The notes beneath the pieces were generated by a model. It saw only the letters and a program-made list of their open reading frames with translations, was not told the DNA's origin and made no database searches. From Nitrospirota bacterium (GTDB lineage Bacteria > Nitrospirota > Thermodesulfovibrionia > Thermodesulfovibrionales > Dissulfurispiraceae): DNA of 64,000 nt. Location: contig JBFLWF010000004.1 of the NCBI GenBank assembly GCA_040758355.1, forward strand, positions 61,174-125,173, given 5' to 3'. How positions within the stretch are numbered: the first letter of the stretch is position 1; every line of letters begins with the position of its first letter. Both the position numbers and the translations under genes were made by a program. Of this stretch, positions 38,446 through 51,558 are shown piece by piece.

Positions 38446-39732
38446 ATGAGATTTCTTAAGTTGATTCTGGTTTTGCTTTTCATTGCTGTGCCGCTCGTAG
38501 CGTTTTCAGCAGAAAAGGCAAAGACCATCGACGAACTCGCAAAGATGTACGATGTTTCTTCATGCAAGCAGTGCCATCCAAAGGTTTTTGAAGAATGGGA
38601 GAAGTCCTACCATGCAATATCGCTTGTTGGCTCACCCCGTACCATGGCTACCATAGCAGGTACTGTAAAAGACGGCCTAATGAAGGAATATACAAAGGCC
38701 GGGATTAAGGACATAAAAGATATAAAAGTAGAGCATATGATGATCTGCGCTAAGTGTCATCTCCCGCAATTGAAAGACGCAACAGATGCAGTTGCTCAGG
38801 AAATTGCAAAGGCTGCAATCGACGGTGCTGCTGGCGATGAGGCTGCACAGGCAAAGCTCAAAAAGATTGGGATCAACTGCCTTATCTGCCATAACCAAAA
38901 GGCACTTATCCACAAGTGGACTGACGGCGAGCCAGAAGCCGGTGTTATTTACGGCAACAAAGAAGGCGCCCATGGCGATGCAAAGTTCAAGGCACTAAAA
39001 AAGAGCCCGATAATGAAGGAGTCAATCCTCTGCGGCCAGTGCCACGGTCTTGGCCCGAACTTTGATTTGACAGAACCAACGCAGTGCGCAACTCTTTATG
39101 GAAGCTATCTGCATTCATATGTGCCTTCGGGAGGCTCAAAGACATGTCAGGAATGTCATATGGACAAGGGGCACTATATGCCTGCTTACAGGGATCCTGA
39201 TCAGGCAAAGAAGGCTGTGAGCGTGGATGTAGATGCAATGGGTTATTACTTCCTGCCAAAGGCCGGGGATTCCATTCCAACTGCAAAGGTTACCGTAAAA
39301 ATGGTAAGCAAGGCAGGTCACAGAATCCCTGATGGCTGACCATCCCCTAACAGGCTGGTCCTGGATGTGACCGCTAAGACAAAGGATGGAAAAGAGATAT
39401 TCAATGCATCAAAGATTTATACACCGCAGTCTCCTGCAAAAGGCAGAGGAGACAAGGTGGTTTATGGTCCTCACAGGAAGTCAGGCATGCTTGCTGACAC
39501 AACCCTTCAGCCCGGCAAACCAGTAAAAGAGACCTTCGAGATTAAATTCCCTTACGAAGATGTAGAAAAAGAAGGCAAGAAAGTAAGGGATGTTAAGGCA
39601 AAGGAGATTGATGTAACAGTCAAGCTCTGGCATTTGCCTGCCGGCGGCAACCACAGGGATGATAAGGCTACCCCTGTGAATAAGGCCAAGTACCTATTCT
39701 TTGAAACAACAAAGACAGTTACAGTAAAATAA
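38446..39732 (+). CDS. extKL: Pentaheme c-type selenocytochrome, ExtKL-like, copy 1 (U298, 428 aa)
   Basis: Signal peptide and 5 CxxCH. TGA 39337-39339 in GHRIPDG-U-PSPNRLVLDV reads in frame into ORF 39367-39732. Hairpin CATC..CAGG-[CTGGT]-CCTG-GATG follows the TGA. Confidence 0.88.
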
Positions 39733-39745
39733 CTGTATCAATTAC

Positions 39746-39782
39746 ATATATCCGACCCCGTGATTCACGGGGTCGGATATAT
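39746..39782. terminator. Perfect 17-bp hairpin after cytochrome copy 1 (no U-tract; terminator or stabiliser)
   Basis: ATATATCCGACCCCGTG-ATT-CACGGGGTCGGATATAT. Confidence 0.6.
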
Positions 39783-39796
39783 ATCTTAAATCAGGA

Positions 39797-40111
39797 GTGT
39801 TGTTAATGTTTCGTTTGATCTGTTTGTTGATAGCTGTCTTAATTATTTTTGGCCCTGTTGCCGTGAACGCAGAAACAAAACAGGCAAGGGGGGTCATCAA
39901 TCTTACCGGAGGCGGTCTCTGTCAGAACAGCGCAATAACTATTATGGTAGAAGAAGTTTCCAAGCTTAAGCCAGGAGATATTCTTACCGTAGTAATAGAG
40001 ACAGAGAATAAGCACCTCATTAAAGCTGCCATAGCACTCGAAAAACTCCCGGTTGTTTATGAAGAAATAACCGATATGGATCTAACCCGTTTTATAATCA
40101 AGCTAAAATAA
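39797..40111 (+). CDS. Secreted TusA/SirA-like protein
   Basis: Signal peptide (AVNA-E), then INLTGGGLC...SKLKPGDILTVVIE...RFIIK, a TusA-fold pattern. Confidence 0.6.
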   Translation: MLLMFRLICLLIAVLIIFGPVAVNAETKQARGVINLTGGGLCQNSAITIMVEEVSKLKPGDILTVVIETENKHLIKAAIALEKLPVVYEEITDMDLTRFIIKLK

Positions 40112-40199
40112 ACCAGCCTATTTATAATCACATTCATTTTTTGCAATCCCCCTATTTCTTCAGGTTTTTATTAATAATCTAATATCCTAAACTTTTAAT

Positions 40200-40229
40200 T
40201 TGACAATATCTTATACCTACAAGTAAAAT
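40200..40229 (+). promoter_or_regulatory. sigma70 promoter of the second multiheme cytochrome
   Basis: TTGACA-N18-TAAAAT; shares TTGACAATATC...AAGTAAAAT with the 38215 promoter. Confidence 0.7.
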
Positions 40230-40334
40230 CTGCCCCAAAAGTTTTAATTTTAGAAGCATAGAGGGGTGATGTCTATAGGAAATATGTAATGTGGATAGCA
40301 CTTCATTCTAAAATTCATTAACAGGAGGGGATTT

Positions 40335-41627
40335 ATGCGATTATTGAGATTCATATCAGTCTTACTTTTTATTGTATTGCCGATGACGGTATTCGCAGCT
40401 CATCATGAGGGGATGAAGAAGGCAAAGACGATAGACGAACTCGCTGCGATGTATGATTCATCGAGCTGCAAGACCTGCCATGAGAAGGTTTATCAGGATT
40501 GGGAAAAATCCATCCATTCCCGCTCAATTTTCGGAACAGGAAGGACTGCTGCAACAATTAAGACCACAATCGAAGTTGGATTAAAAGGCTGGGATTATTC
40601 GGGAGTTAAAAAGCCGGAAGATGTGAAAGTGAAACACTTGATGATATGTGCAAAGTGTCACTTGCCTCAGCTTCAGGATGCTGAAGACAGCGTTGCTCAA
40701 GAAATCGTAAAGGCAGTATACGCATATTCTGCTGGAGATGAAAAGGCAGAATCAACACTCAAGAAGCTGAGCATCAACTGCATGGTATGCCATAACCGAA
40801 ATGCAATCATTCATAAATGGGTTGACGGATTCCCTGAAAAGGGCGTTGTTTACGGCTCAAAGGATGGCGCTCATGCAGACACTGCCAATCCAAAGATGAA
40901 GAAGAGCCCTATAATGGGCGAGTCCATTTTATGTGGACAGTGCCATGGCCTCGGTCCTAACTTCGAACTCGAAAATCCTTCACAGTGCGGAACGCTCTAT
41001 GGAAGCTATCTCTGGACATATCAGGCAGAAGGAGGCACAGAGAAGTGTCAGGACTGCCACATGAGAAAGAGCGGTTTGGGACACAATATGCAGAGCTACA
41101 GAGACCCTGGCATGGGCAAGGCTGCTGTGAAGTTCGATGTTGAAGCCTATGGACATTACTGGAGGGACGGTGCAAAGATAGTGCCACAGGCATTTGTTAA
41201 GGTTGAAATGACCAACAAGACCGGTCACACAATTCCGGACGGCTGACCAACCCCGAACAGGCTGGTACTGGAAGTGACCGCAAAGACACCTGATGGAAAA
41301 GAAGTTTTCAAGAAGTCAAAGATATATATGCCTGTACCTCAGCAGCTTGGCCGTGGCGACAGAATGGGCAGAGGCCCATACGAAAAGAGCGGTATGATCC
41401 GCGAGTCAGGCTTGCCTCCACATAAGACCGTAACAGAAAAGTTCGAAATCAACTTTCCGTTTGAGGATGTAAAAGAAGGCGACAAGAGTGTAAGGAAGAT
41501 TCTTGCCCACGATATGACCATTGATATAGAACTCTGGTATCTGCCGTTCGGCGTGAAGGACGAAGGAAACTCCTTCCTCTGGCAGAAGGTCACAAAAGGT
41601 ATAAGCATCAGTAAAACAGGGAAGTAA
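40335..41627 (+). CDS. extKL: Pentaheme c-type selenocytochrome, ExtKL-like, copy 2 (U304, 430 aa)
   Basis: Signal peptide and 5 CxxCH. TGA 41244-41246 in GHTIPDG-U-PTPNRLVLEV reads in frame into ORF 41274-41627, at the same position as in the paralogue. Confidence 0.88.
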
Positions 41628-41633
41628 GAATTC

Positions 41634-41665
41634 ATGCGGGATAGCCTTCGCTATCCCGCATTTTT
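41634..41665 (+). terminator. Terminator hairpin overlapping the rsmA stop
   Basis: ATGCGGGATAGC-CTTC-GCTATCCCGCAT followed by TTTT. Confidence 0.8.
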
Positions 41666-42418
41666 AACCAGATCGGAGAGCCTCGCAAATTCTTCGATGC
41701 TCAATGTCTCTGCCCTTCTGATAGGCTCTATTCCTGCATTAATCAGGATTTCCTTAATATCTTTTGAGATTGGTTTCAACGAATTTGATAGTGTTTTTCT
41801 TCGCTGTGCAAATGCTGTTTTCACTATTCTGAAGAATAACTTTTCATCCGCAACTATTACTTTTGGTTTTTCATATATCTCTATATGTATTACAGCAGAA
41901 TCGACCTTTGGCACGGGTCTGAATGCACCTTTGGGAATAATGAATTTCAATTCTGGTTTGCCATAATACTGAACAGCAATGGAAAGAACACCATAATCTT
42001 TTGTATTGGGCTTTCCAACAATCCTTTGTGCTACTTCTTTTTGGATTGTAAGGGTCATGGATTTAAGATTTTTTCGCGTTTCGATAAGTCTGAATATGAT
42101 GGGTGTGGTTATGTAATAAGGAATATTTGCCACCACCTTGAATGGCTCAAGTTCTTCATAAGGGTATTTGAGTGCATCTCCGTGGATAAGTTCTATGTTA
42201 AATCCCTCAATTTCTTCTTTCAGTTTAGTGTAAAGCTCTAAATCCAATTCAATAGCTATAACCTTTTTTGCGACCCCTGCAAGTATTTTGGTAAGTGTTC
42301 CAAGTCCCGGCCCGATTTCGACAACAGTATCATTATGCGTAATATCGGCAGCCTCAACAATTCTGTGTAAAATCGAGGGGTCAAAAAGAAAGTTCTGTCC
42401 CATGTATTTTTTCGGCAT
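41651..42418 (-). CDS. rsmA: 16S rRNA adenine dimethyltransferase RsmA/KsgA
   Basis: GQNFL, VEIGPGLG, VANIPYYIT, FRPVPKVDS. Confidence 0.97.
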   Translation of the reverse strand: MPKKYMGQNFLFDPSILHRIVEAADITHNDTVVEIGPGLGTLTKILAGVAKKVIAIELDLELYTKLKEEIEGFNIELIHGDALKYPYEELEPFKVVANIPYYITTPIIFRLIETRKNLKSMTLTIQKEVAQRIVGKPNTKDYGVLSIAVQYYGKPELKFIIPKGAFRPVPKVDSAVIHIEIYEKPKVIVADEKLFFRIVKTAFAQRRKTLSNSLKPISKDIKEILINAGIEPIRRAETLSIEEFARLSDLVKNAG

Positions 42419-42460
42419 AGCGAATTACATTTTATCCTGTTTTGTGATATTTTTAAAAGC

Positions 42461-44984
<2,524 letters not shown>

Positions 44985-44986
44985 GG

Positions 44987-45751
44987 TCATTTGATAGCCG
45001 AATACGATTTTACCTTTATCTTTACAATATAATTCTTAAACTCGATTTTTAGCCGCGAATTATACCAGACCGGCTTTGAATTCGAGGGCTGGTTCTGCTG
45101 ATTGATTTCTTCCGTACTTTCATTATTGCTTTTTGCTGGTACGTCATAAAAGATCTTCAACTCTTCTCCATCATTAAGCTCGATGGTCTGCTGTACCGGC
45201 AGCAATGTTTTTTTGCTGATGAGTAATTTCCTGTAAGAGTTTTTTAATTCATATGCGTCTTCTTTTTCCTGCAATGTGTAATCTTTTATATTCCACCAGA
45301 AGAAGCTGTTTTTAAGGCCGTCGATGAGTATTGTGCTTTTGTTTTTGTCCAGTTTCGGCTTGCTCTTGATAATGCCGTTGTCTTCGCTTACTTCGCCTGC
45401 AAGAAAGCCAAGATAATAGAGCCTGAGATTGAGTTTGTCTTCTGAAACATTCAATGATGCATCACCGCTCATTGTGCTGTCGTTTTTCTCATACTCAACT
45501 GATAAAACCGCCTCTATGGATTTGATGTTCTTAAGCTCTGAAAGGGCATTCTCAACGGGAATTCCCTCATAAGAGGGCAATTCCACATGTTTCGGAGCAC
45601 AGGAAACAGTGAACAGTGAACAGTGAACAGTGAACAGCAAGAAAGTAACGAGTAACGAGTAACGAGTAACGAGATTTTTAATTTTTGACAGCTGACAGCT
45701 GACAGCTGACAGCTTACTATATCCTGATATTCTCAATAACCTCTTCCACAT
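44987..45751 (-). CDS. Putative lipoprotein (LolA/LolB-like beta fold possible) with repeat-derived N-terminus
   Basis: Lipobox-like VSC after a hydrophobic stretch; AGGAG SD before ATG 45751 inside the radA 3' end. Confidence 0.7.
   Translation of the reverse strand: MWKRLLRISGYSKLSAVSCQLSKIKNLVTRYSLLVTFLLFTVHCSLFTVSCAPKHVELPSYEGIPVENALSELKNIKSIEAVLSVEYEKNDSTMSGDASLNVSEDKLNLRLYYLGFLAGEVSEDNGIIKSKPKLDKNKSTILIDGLKNSFFWWNIKDYTLQEKEDAYELKNSYRKLLISKKTLLPVQQTIELNDGEELKIFYDVPAKSNNESTEEINQQNQPSNSKPVWYNSRLKIEFKNYIVKIKVKSYSAIK
45605..45713. repeat. Three adjacent heptamer arrays: (AACAGTG)4, (AGTAACG)4, (TGACAGC)4
   Basis: Visible at 45605-45637, 45644-45673 and 45686-45713. Confidence 0.95.
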
Positions 45752-47123
45752 CTTTAACTCCTACGATATGCAGCCCAAAATTATCTTTTAGTCTCTCTGC
45801 GTTGCCTTTAGGGATTATCGCCTTTTTAAAGCCTATCTTTGCAGCCTCTTTGAGCCGTGCATCTCCCTGCGCAACAGCCCTCACTTCACCTGATAATCCA
45901 ACTTCGCCGAAGAGAAATGTTTTTGCATCCATGGGCACTTCCCTGAATGACGATACGATTGCCGAGATTATGCCTATGTCTGCTGCAGGCTCGAGTATTT
46001 TCAAGCCTCCCACGATATTTATGAATACATCCATTCCGCCAAGATGTATTCCTGCCTTTTTTTCGAGGACTGCTATCAATAAATTCACCCTGTTGAAATC
46101 AACTCCCATGCTTGTCCTTCTCGGCATACCGAAGGTTGTTGGAGAGACGAGCGCCTGCAATTCGACCAATAAAGGCCGTGTGCCTTCCATGGTTGCAATC
46201 ACTGTTGAGCCGGATACACCCAATGGCCTTTCTGACATGAACAACTCAGATGGGTTGGTTATCTCTATGAGTCCCTCATCCGTCATTTCAAAGACGCCGA
46301 TCTCATTTGTCGACCCAAATCTGTTTTTAATTGTCCTTAATATGCGATAAGGATGCCCCCTGTCTCCTTCGAAATACAAGACCGTGTCAACTAAATGCTC
46401 CAATACCCTCGGCCCTGCAATTGCCCCTTCCTTGGTTACATGGCCTATGAGGAATACAGGTATCTCCGACCTTTTTGCAAAGAACATGAGCTTTGCTGCA
46501 GACTCTCTGATCTGTCCCACGGAGCCGGGTGCTGATGTGAGTTCTTCTGTATAAATGGTTTGTATGGAGTCGACAACCACTGCCGACGGCCTTAAATCCT
46601 CGGCAGTCCTGATGATATTTTCGACCAGTGTTTCAGGCAGAAGCATAATATTGTCAGAGTCTATGGAAAGACGCTCTGCACGTAATTTTATCTGCTCAGG
46701 AGACTCCTCGCCAGAGACATATAAGACCGTCTTCCGTGTTCCGTGCCCTGTGTCCCGGTGAATATTTTCTGACTGCTGACTGCTGACTGCTGACTGCTGA
46801 CATATCTTTGCTACTGCCTGAAGCAGCAGCGTGGATTTCCCGATGCCCGGGTCGCCGCCTATGAGGATTATTGCACCGTTTACAAGCCCTCCTCCCAATA
46901 CCCTGTCGAATTCATTTATTCCGACGGCGGTTCTCTTTTCCTTGCCTCCAATTATCCTGCTTAATGGCTGAGGCTCGGAGTCTCCAAAGGATTTCAGGGC
47001 CTTTGGACTCTGTTTTTCTTCGGAAAAGCTGTTCCATGCGCCGCAATCAGGGCATTTGCCGAGCCATTTTGGGCTCGCATATCCGCACGCCTGACATTGA
47101 AAAATGGTCTTCATTTTAGACAT
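45717..47123 (-). CDS. radA: DNA repair protein RadA/Sms
   Basis: C4 Zn finger, GDPGIGKST, KNRFG. Confidence 0.97.
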   Translation of the reverse strand: MSKMKTIFQCQACGYASPKWLGKCPDCGAWNSFSEEKQSPKALKSFGDSEPQPLSRIIGGKEKRTAVGINEFDRVLGGGLVNGAIILIGGDPGIGKSTLLLQAVAKICQQSAVSSQQSENIHRDTGHGTRKTVLYVSGEESPEQIKLRAERLSIDSDNIMLLPETLVENIIRTAEDLRPSAVVVDSIQTIYTEELTSAPGSVGQIRESAAKLMFFAKRSEIPVFLIGHVTKEGAIAGPRVLEHLVDTVLYFEGDRGHPYRILRTIKNRFGSTNEIGVFEMTDEGLIEITNPSELFMSERPLGVSGSTVIATMEGTRPLLVELQALVSPTTFGMPRRTSMGVDFNRVNLLIAVLEKKAGIHLGGMDVFINIVGGLKILEPAADIGIISAIVSSFREVPMDAKTFLFGEVGLSGEVRAVAQGDARLKEAAKIGFKKAIIPKGNAERLKDNFGLHIVGVKDVEEVIENIRI

Positions 47124-47916
47124 GTAATAACCTCATACCTTTGCCGATGCTATAGGCATTCTTTATAGCAATATCCACAAACTCCTTCGCCTTTTTGGTC
47201 GCCTCTATAACAGATATGCCCTTTGCGAGGCAGGCAGTTATTGCAGCAGAAAATGCACATCCTGTCCCGTGATATTCGCCTTTTATTTTTTTGCCCCTGA
47301 GACGATGAAATTTTTCTCCGTCATATATTAAATCTAATGTTTCTCCATCGCTTCTGACTTCTGACTTCTGACTTCTGACTTCTTCGAAATGCCCGCCTGT
47401 TATTATTACTGTTTCCGTGCCCAATTTTTTTAATTCCATAGCAGCCCTTTCCATATCCTTTTCATCCATTATGTTTATGCCGGAAATGGCAGTTGCCTCG
47501 TAGATATTGGGTGTTATGACTTTTGCGAGAGGGAATAACTCCTCCTTGAGTGCATCGAGGACGCCGTTTTCCATCAGGCTCGTACCCGTAGATGATATGG
47601 TAACAGGGTCTATGACCAGATTCTCAATCTCATATCCCTTTATAATTTTTGCCACTGCCTTTACAGCATCTATGGAAAAGAGCATCCCCGTCTTAATGGC
47701 ATCGGGTCTAATGTCACTAACGAGAGTATTAAGCTGTTCCTCAAGGAATTTCCCGTCAACTTTCAAAATTGCATTCATCTCATATGTGTTCTGTGCTGTA
47801 AGTGCAGAGACTGCTGAAAGGCCGTAAACGCCGAAGTAGTTGAAAACCCTGATATCTGCCTGCAATCCAGCCCCTCCTGTTGGGTCAGAGCCTGCTATGG
47901 TAAGGGCTGTCTTCAT
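47116..47916 (-). CDS. thiD: Hydroxymethylpyrimidine/phosphomethylpyrimidine kinase
   Basis: LTIAGSDPTGGAGLQAD, TPN, HGTGC; start set at MKTALT. Confidence 0.95.
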   Translation of the reverse strand: MKTALTIAGSDPTGGAGLQADIRVFNYFGVYGLSAVSALTAQNTYEMNAILKVDGKFLEEQLNTLVSDIRPDAIKTGMLFSIDAVKAVAKIIKGYEIENLVIDPVTISSTGTSLMENGVLDALKEELFPLAKVITPNIYEATAISGINIMDEKDMERAAMELKKLGTETVIITGGHFEEVRSQKSEVRSDGETLDLIYDGEKFHRLRGKKIKGEYHGTGCAFSAAITACLAKGISVIEATKKAKEFVDIAIKNAYSIGKGMRLLHV

Positions 47917-48023
47917 GAAATGTATTATATCAGGCATGAGAGAATGTTGACAAATCTATATGATTTCTATTATCTTATTTACTCTTAATTCATCGAATTC
48001 AATAGTTAAGGGAAGGTGTATAG

Positions 48024-48461
48024 ATGAAGACGACGAAGTTTGCAAAAAAGGAAGACATTAATCGTAAATGGTATGTTGTCGATGCAAAAGACCAGATCCT
48101 CGGCAGGTTGAGCTGCCAGATTGCATCATACCTCCGCGGCAAGCATAAGCCTGTATTTACTCCAAATGTGGATACAGGGGATTTTGTGATTGTTGTCAAC
48201 GCCGACAAGGTTAAGGTTACAGGCAAAAAGATGACAGATAAAATGTATTACAGGCATAGCGGCTATATCGGAAGCATAAAGGAAAAGGCGCTTAAGGACA
48301 GGATGAAAGAAGAGCCTGAAAATGTAATAATGGATGCAGTGTGGGGGATGCTCCCGAAGAACAGGCTTGGCAGGGCAATGATCAAGAAATTAAAGGTATA
48401 TCGCGGCCCTGAACACGGCCATGCTGCACAGAAACCAGAATTAGTACAAATTACAAAATAA
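48024..48461 (+). CDS. rplM: 50S ribosomal protein L13
   Basis: RKWYVVDA...LGRL...[15 protein letters not shown]. Confidence 0.99.
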   Translation: MKTTKFAKKEDINRKWYVVDAKDQILGRLSCQIASYLRGKHKPVFTPNVDTGDFVIVVNADKVKVTGKKMTDKMYYRHSGYIGSIKEKALKDRMKEEPENVIMDAVWGMLPKNRLGRAMIKKLKVYRGPEHGHAAQKPELVQITK

Positions 48462-48470
48462 GGAGTAAAG

Positions 48471-48863
48471 ATGGCTTCACTACAGTACAACTCAACAGGC
48501 AGAAGAAAGAGGTCAATAGCACGGGTTACACTGGTTCCCGGCAAAGGCAAGATTACCGTAAACAACAGGGAATTCGAAAACTACTTTCCAAGGGAAACTC
48601 TGAGGATGATTATAAGGCAGCCGTTTCAGGTTGCAGGCGTAATCGGCAAATACGATGTGGAAGCCAGTGTTGACGGCGGCGGTTTGAGCGGCCAGGCAGG
48701 CGCATTAAGGCATGGCATTGCAAGGGCATTGGTTACGGTTGATGCTGATCTGAAGTCAAAGCTCAAGAAGGAAGGGCTTCTGACAAGAGACCCGAGAGAG
48801 GTCGAGAGGAAGAAGTACGGATTGAAGGGCGCGAGAAGAAGGTTCCAATTCTCCAAGAGATAA
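48471..48863 (+). CDS. rpsI: 30S ribosomal protein S9
   Basis: TGRRK...[10 protein letters not shown]...QFSKR. Confidence 0.99.
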   Translation: MASLQYNSTGRRKRSIARVTLVPGKGKITVNNREFENYFPRETLRMIIRQPFQVAGVIGKYDVEASVDGGGLSGQAGALRHGIARALVTVDADLKSKLKKEGLLTRDPREVERKKYGLKGARRRFQFSKR

Positions 48864-48895
48864 TAGATACGGTTTGCTCATTGTTAATATAACCG

Positions 48896-48926
48896 AAAGC
48901 CCGTTCCCTGAACGGGCTTTGTTTTT
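48896..48926 (+). terminator. Terminator after rplM-rpsI
   Basis: AAAGCCCGTTC-CCT-GAACGGGCTTT followed by GTTTTT. Confidence 0.85.
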
Positions 48927-48939
48927 AGGTGGTGAGACT

Positions 48940-49992
48940 ATGATAAAAGCAGCGATTTGCGGCGGCAGCGGGTATACGGGTGCTGAGCTTTTGCGGATAC
49001 TTTCAGGGCATCCTGAAGTCGAGATAACTGCTGTTACATCTGAAAAATCAGCAGGCAAGAAGGTTACAGACCTTTTTCCGCATCTTCACAAGTATTCTTA
49101 CCTTATTTACGAGCCATTGGACAAAGAAAAAATTCTGAATAAGGCAGATGTATTTTTTATGGCACTGCCTCATGCAGCGTCTCAGGAGGCGGTGGATTAT
49201 TTCTTTAAGAAGGGCAAAAGGGTTATAGACCTCTCTGCCGATTACCGTTTGTCAGATCCGGCAGTTTATGAGGAATGGTATAAGACGCCTCATAATTATG
49301 CTGATACATTAAAAAATGCTGTTTACGGCCTTCCTGAGCTTCATCGTGAGAAGATCAAACAGTCAAGCCTTATTGCAAATCCAGGCTGCTATCCGACAAG
49401 TGCTATTTTAGGATTATACCCTGCGATGAAAGAAGGCATGATCGATATTGAAAATATCATCATAGATTCCAAATCAGGCACATCCGGCGCTGGGAGAAAG
49501 GCTGATGTCGGTTTTTCATATTGCGAAGTGAACGAAGGCTTTAAGGCATATGGAATTGCCGTCCACCGCCATACACCTGAGATAGAGCAGGAATTATCAG
49601 GAATTGCAGGCAAAAAAATGACAATAAACTTTACACCCCATCTTGTTCCAATGGATAGGGGAATTATCTCTACAATGTATGGCCGAATATATGAGAAATC
49701 GCTAAAAAAAGCCGAGACTGCCGAAATAATCTCGGTTTATAATAAATATTATGATGCAGAACCGTTTGTAAACGTCCTCGACGAGGGCATATTCCCGAAT
49801 GCAAAGAATGTACGCGGCAGCAACTATTGCGAGATAGGGCTTAAGGTGAACAAACGCACAAATACACTGATTGTTGTCTCTGCAATAGACAACCTCGTCA
49901 AAGGCGCATCAGGACAGGCCGTGCAGAACATGAATATCATAATGGGCTTCAAAGAAACAACAGCTCTTGAGTCATTGGCGGTGTTTCCATGA
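48940..49992 (+). CDS. argC: N-acetyl-gamma-glutamyl-phosphate reductase
   Basis: [28 protein letters not shown]; start moved to ATG 48940. Confidence 0.97.
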   Translation: MIKAAICGGSGYTGAELLRILSGHPEVEITAVTSEKSAGKKVTDLFPHLHKYSYLIYEPLDKEKILNKADVFFMALPHAASQEAVDYFFKKGKRVIDLSADYRLSDPAVYEEWYKTPHNYADTLKNAVYGLPELHREKIKQSSLIANPGCYPTSAILGLYPAMKEGMIDIENIIIDSKSGTSGAGRKADVGFSYCEVNEGFKAYGIAVHRHTPEIEQELSGIAGKKMTINFTPHLVPMDRGIISTMYGRIYEKSLKKAETAEIISVYNKYYDAEPFVNVLDEGIFPNAKNVRGSNYCEIGLKVNKRTNTLIVVSAIDNLVKGASGQAVQNMNIIMGFKETTALESLAVFP

Positions 49993-51200
49993 AAGCCATG
50001 AAAACCATGGAAAAAGATACAATATTCCAACCCAAAGGTTTTCTTTTTTCTGCTGTTGAGGCGGCTATCAAGAAGCCTGGCAGGAAAGACCTCGCCCTTA
50101 TATTTTCTGAGAGAGAGGCTGTTATTTCAGGCATGTTCACAAAAAACAATGTTAAGGCTGCGCCTGTGAAACTCGATATGAAGCGGATTGAATCAGGCAA
50201 AGGGCAGGCCATTATCGTAAACAGCGGCAATGCCAATGCATGCACCGGCAAACAGGGAATGAAGGATGCTGTAGAGATGGCAGAAATGACTGCTAAAACA
50301 CTCGGCGTGAAGACAGACAGGGTCTATGTCTGTTCAACGGGCGTCATCGGTACACCAATGCCTATGGAACGTATCCGTTCTAAGATCACCGAGCTTGCAG
50401 ATAATCTCGGAAGGAGAACAATCGATGATGTGGCTGCTGCCATTATGACGACGGATACATTCCCAAAGGCAATAAGCAAAGTGATGAAGATTGACGGCAA
50501 GGCAATTACCATTTCGGGCGTATGCAAAGGTGCAGGCATGATATGCCCTAATATGGCGACAATGCTCTGCTTTATCGTGACCGATGCCAATATAGATAAA
50601 TCAGCCCTTGATAAGGCTTTAAAAAATGCCGTACAGAAGTCATTTAACCGGATAACCATTGACGGTGATATGTCAACGAATGATACTGTCCTGATTATGG
50701 CAAACGGCCTGGCCGGCAATGCCTTAATCAGGAGAAAGTCAAAGGAATTCAATAAATTTGCAGATGCGGTTTCCGATATGACATATGAACTGAGCAAGAT
50801 GATCGTAAAAGACGGAGAGGGTGCAACAAAGCTTGTGGAGATAGAAGTGAAAAACGCAAAGAATGAAAGAGATGCTGAAAAAGGCGCCTTTGCTATTGCA
50901 AATTCTTTGCTTGTGAAGACCGCAATATACGGCAATGATGCAAACTGGGGACGGATAATGGCAGCGCTTGGATACTCAGGGATTGCAATTAAAGAGGGAA
51001 TGACCGATATGTTTTTGAATGGGCTTAAAATAGTCTGTAAGGGTATGGGAACTGGCAAGGATAAAGAGGCGAATGAGAAACTGAAAAATAAAGAGATTAA
51101 GATAGTTGTGGACCTTCATCTCCGTAGAGGCGCAGCAAAGGTGCTTACATGCGATTTGACAGAGGATTATGTAAAGATAAATGCGGAGTACAGGACATAA
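49989..51200 (+). CDS. argJ: Bifunctional ornithine acetyltransferase / N-acetylglutamate synthase
   Basis: [38 protein letters not shown]. Confidence 0.97.
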   Translation: MKAMKTMEKDTIFQPKGFLFSAVEAAIKKPGRKDLALIFSEREAVISGMFTKNNVKAAPVKLDMKRIESGKGQAIIVNSGNANACTGKQGMKDAVEMAEMTAKTLGVKTDRVYVCSTGVIGTPMPMERIRSKITELADNLGRRTIDDVAAAIMTTDTFPKAISKVMKIDGKAITISGVCKGAGMICPNMATMLCFIVTDANIDKSALDKALKNAVQKSFNRITIDGDMSTNDTVLIMANGLAGNALIRRKSKEFNKFADAVSDMTYELSKMIVKDGEGATKLVEIEVKNAKNERDAEKGAFAIANSLLVKTAIYGNDANWGRIMAALGYSGIAIKEGMTDMFLNGLKIVCKGMGTGKDKEANEKLKNKEIKIVVDLHLRRGAAKVLTCDLTEDYVKINAEYRT

Positions 51201-51222
51201 AAACAGTGAAGAGTTATGAGTT

Positions 51223-51558
51223 ATGAGAATTTTTGAGTTAAAAAATGAGGCATTGAAATCAGAAAATGGAGAGCATATCCTTGGCTTTAAAGAGACTGGA
51301 AGCCATGCCTGTTATATGATATACGGGATTTTAAAGCCGGGAGAAAAAGGAAGGGTGATAAAGCCCGGAGAGGGACATGAGGAAATTGTTCTTGCGATGA
51401 AGGGCGATATCGCAGTAACGGGACACTATGCAGGAACTTTGAAGGAAGGCTCTGCCCTTCATATTACAGGAGAGCATGAATGCTTTTTGGAGAATAAAGG
51501 CATTTCTGAGGCCATCTATATAATCGCCGGTGGACATTCCGAAGGGAGGCATCACTGA
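51223..51558 (+). CDS. Small cupin-like hypothetical protein
   Basis: GHEEIVLAMKG...GSALHI...YIIAGGH beta-barrel pattern. Confidence 0.7.
   Translation: MRIFELKNEALKSENGEHILGFKETGSHACYMIYGILKPGEKGRVIKPGEGHEEIVLAMKGDIAVTGHYAGTLKEGSALHITGEHECFLENKGISEAIYIIAGGHSEGRHH

Noticed and set aside
39367..39732. ORFs 39367-39732 and 41274-41627 as independent genes
   Set aside because: GTG starts without a clear SD, in frame with the upstream cytochromes across a TGA; treated as C-terminal domains.
45605..45713. Repeat arrays as CRISPR
   Set aside because: Contiguous 7-mers without spacers; no cas genes in the window.
49987..50013. Three 9-mer repeats (CCATGRAAR-like) at the argC/argJ junction
   Set aside because: They only give alternative in-frame Met starts; no further structure.
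50324..51058. Long antisense ORFs (e.g. 50324-51058, 14328-15071, 45802-46350)
   Set aside because: Shadow frames opposite well-supported genes, with no independent coding evidence.
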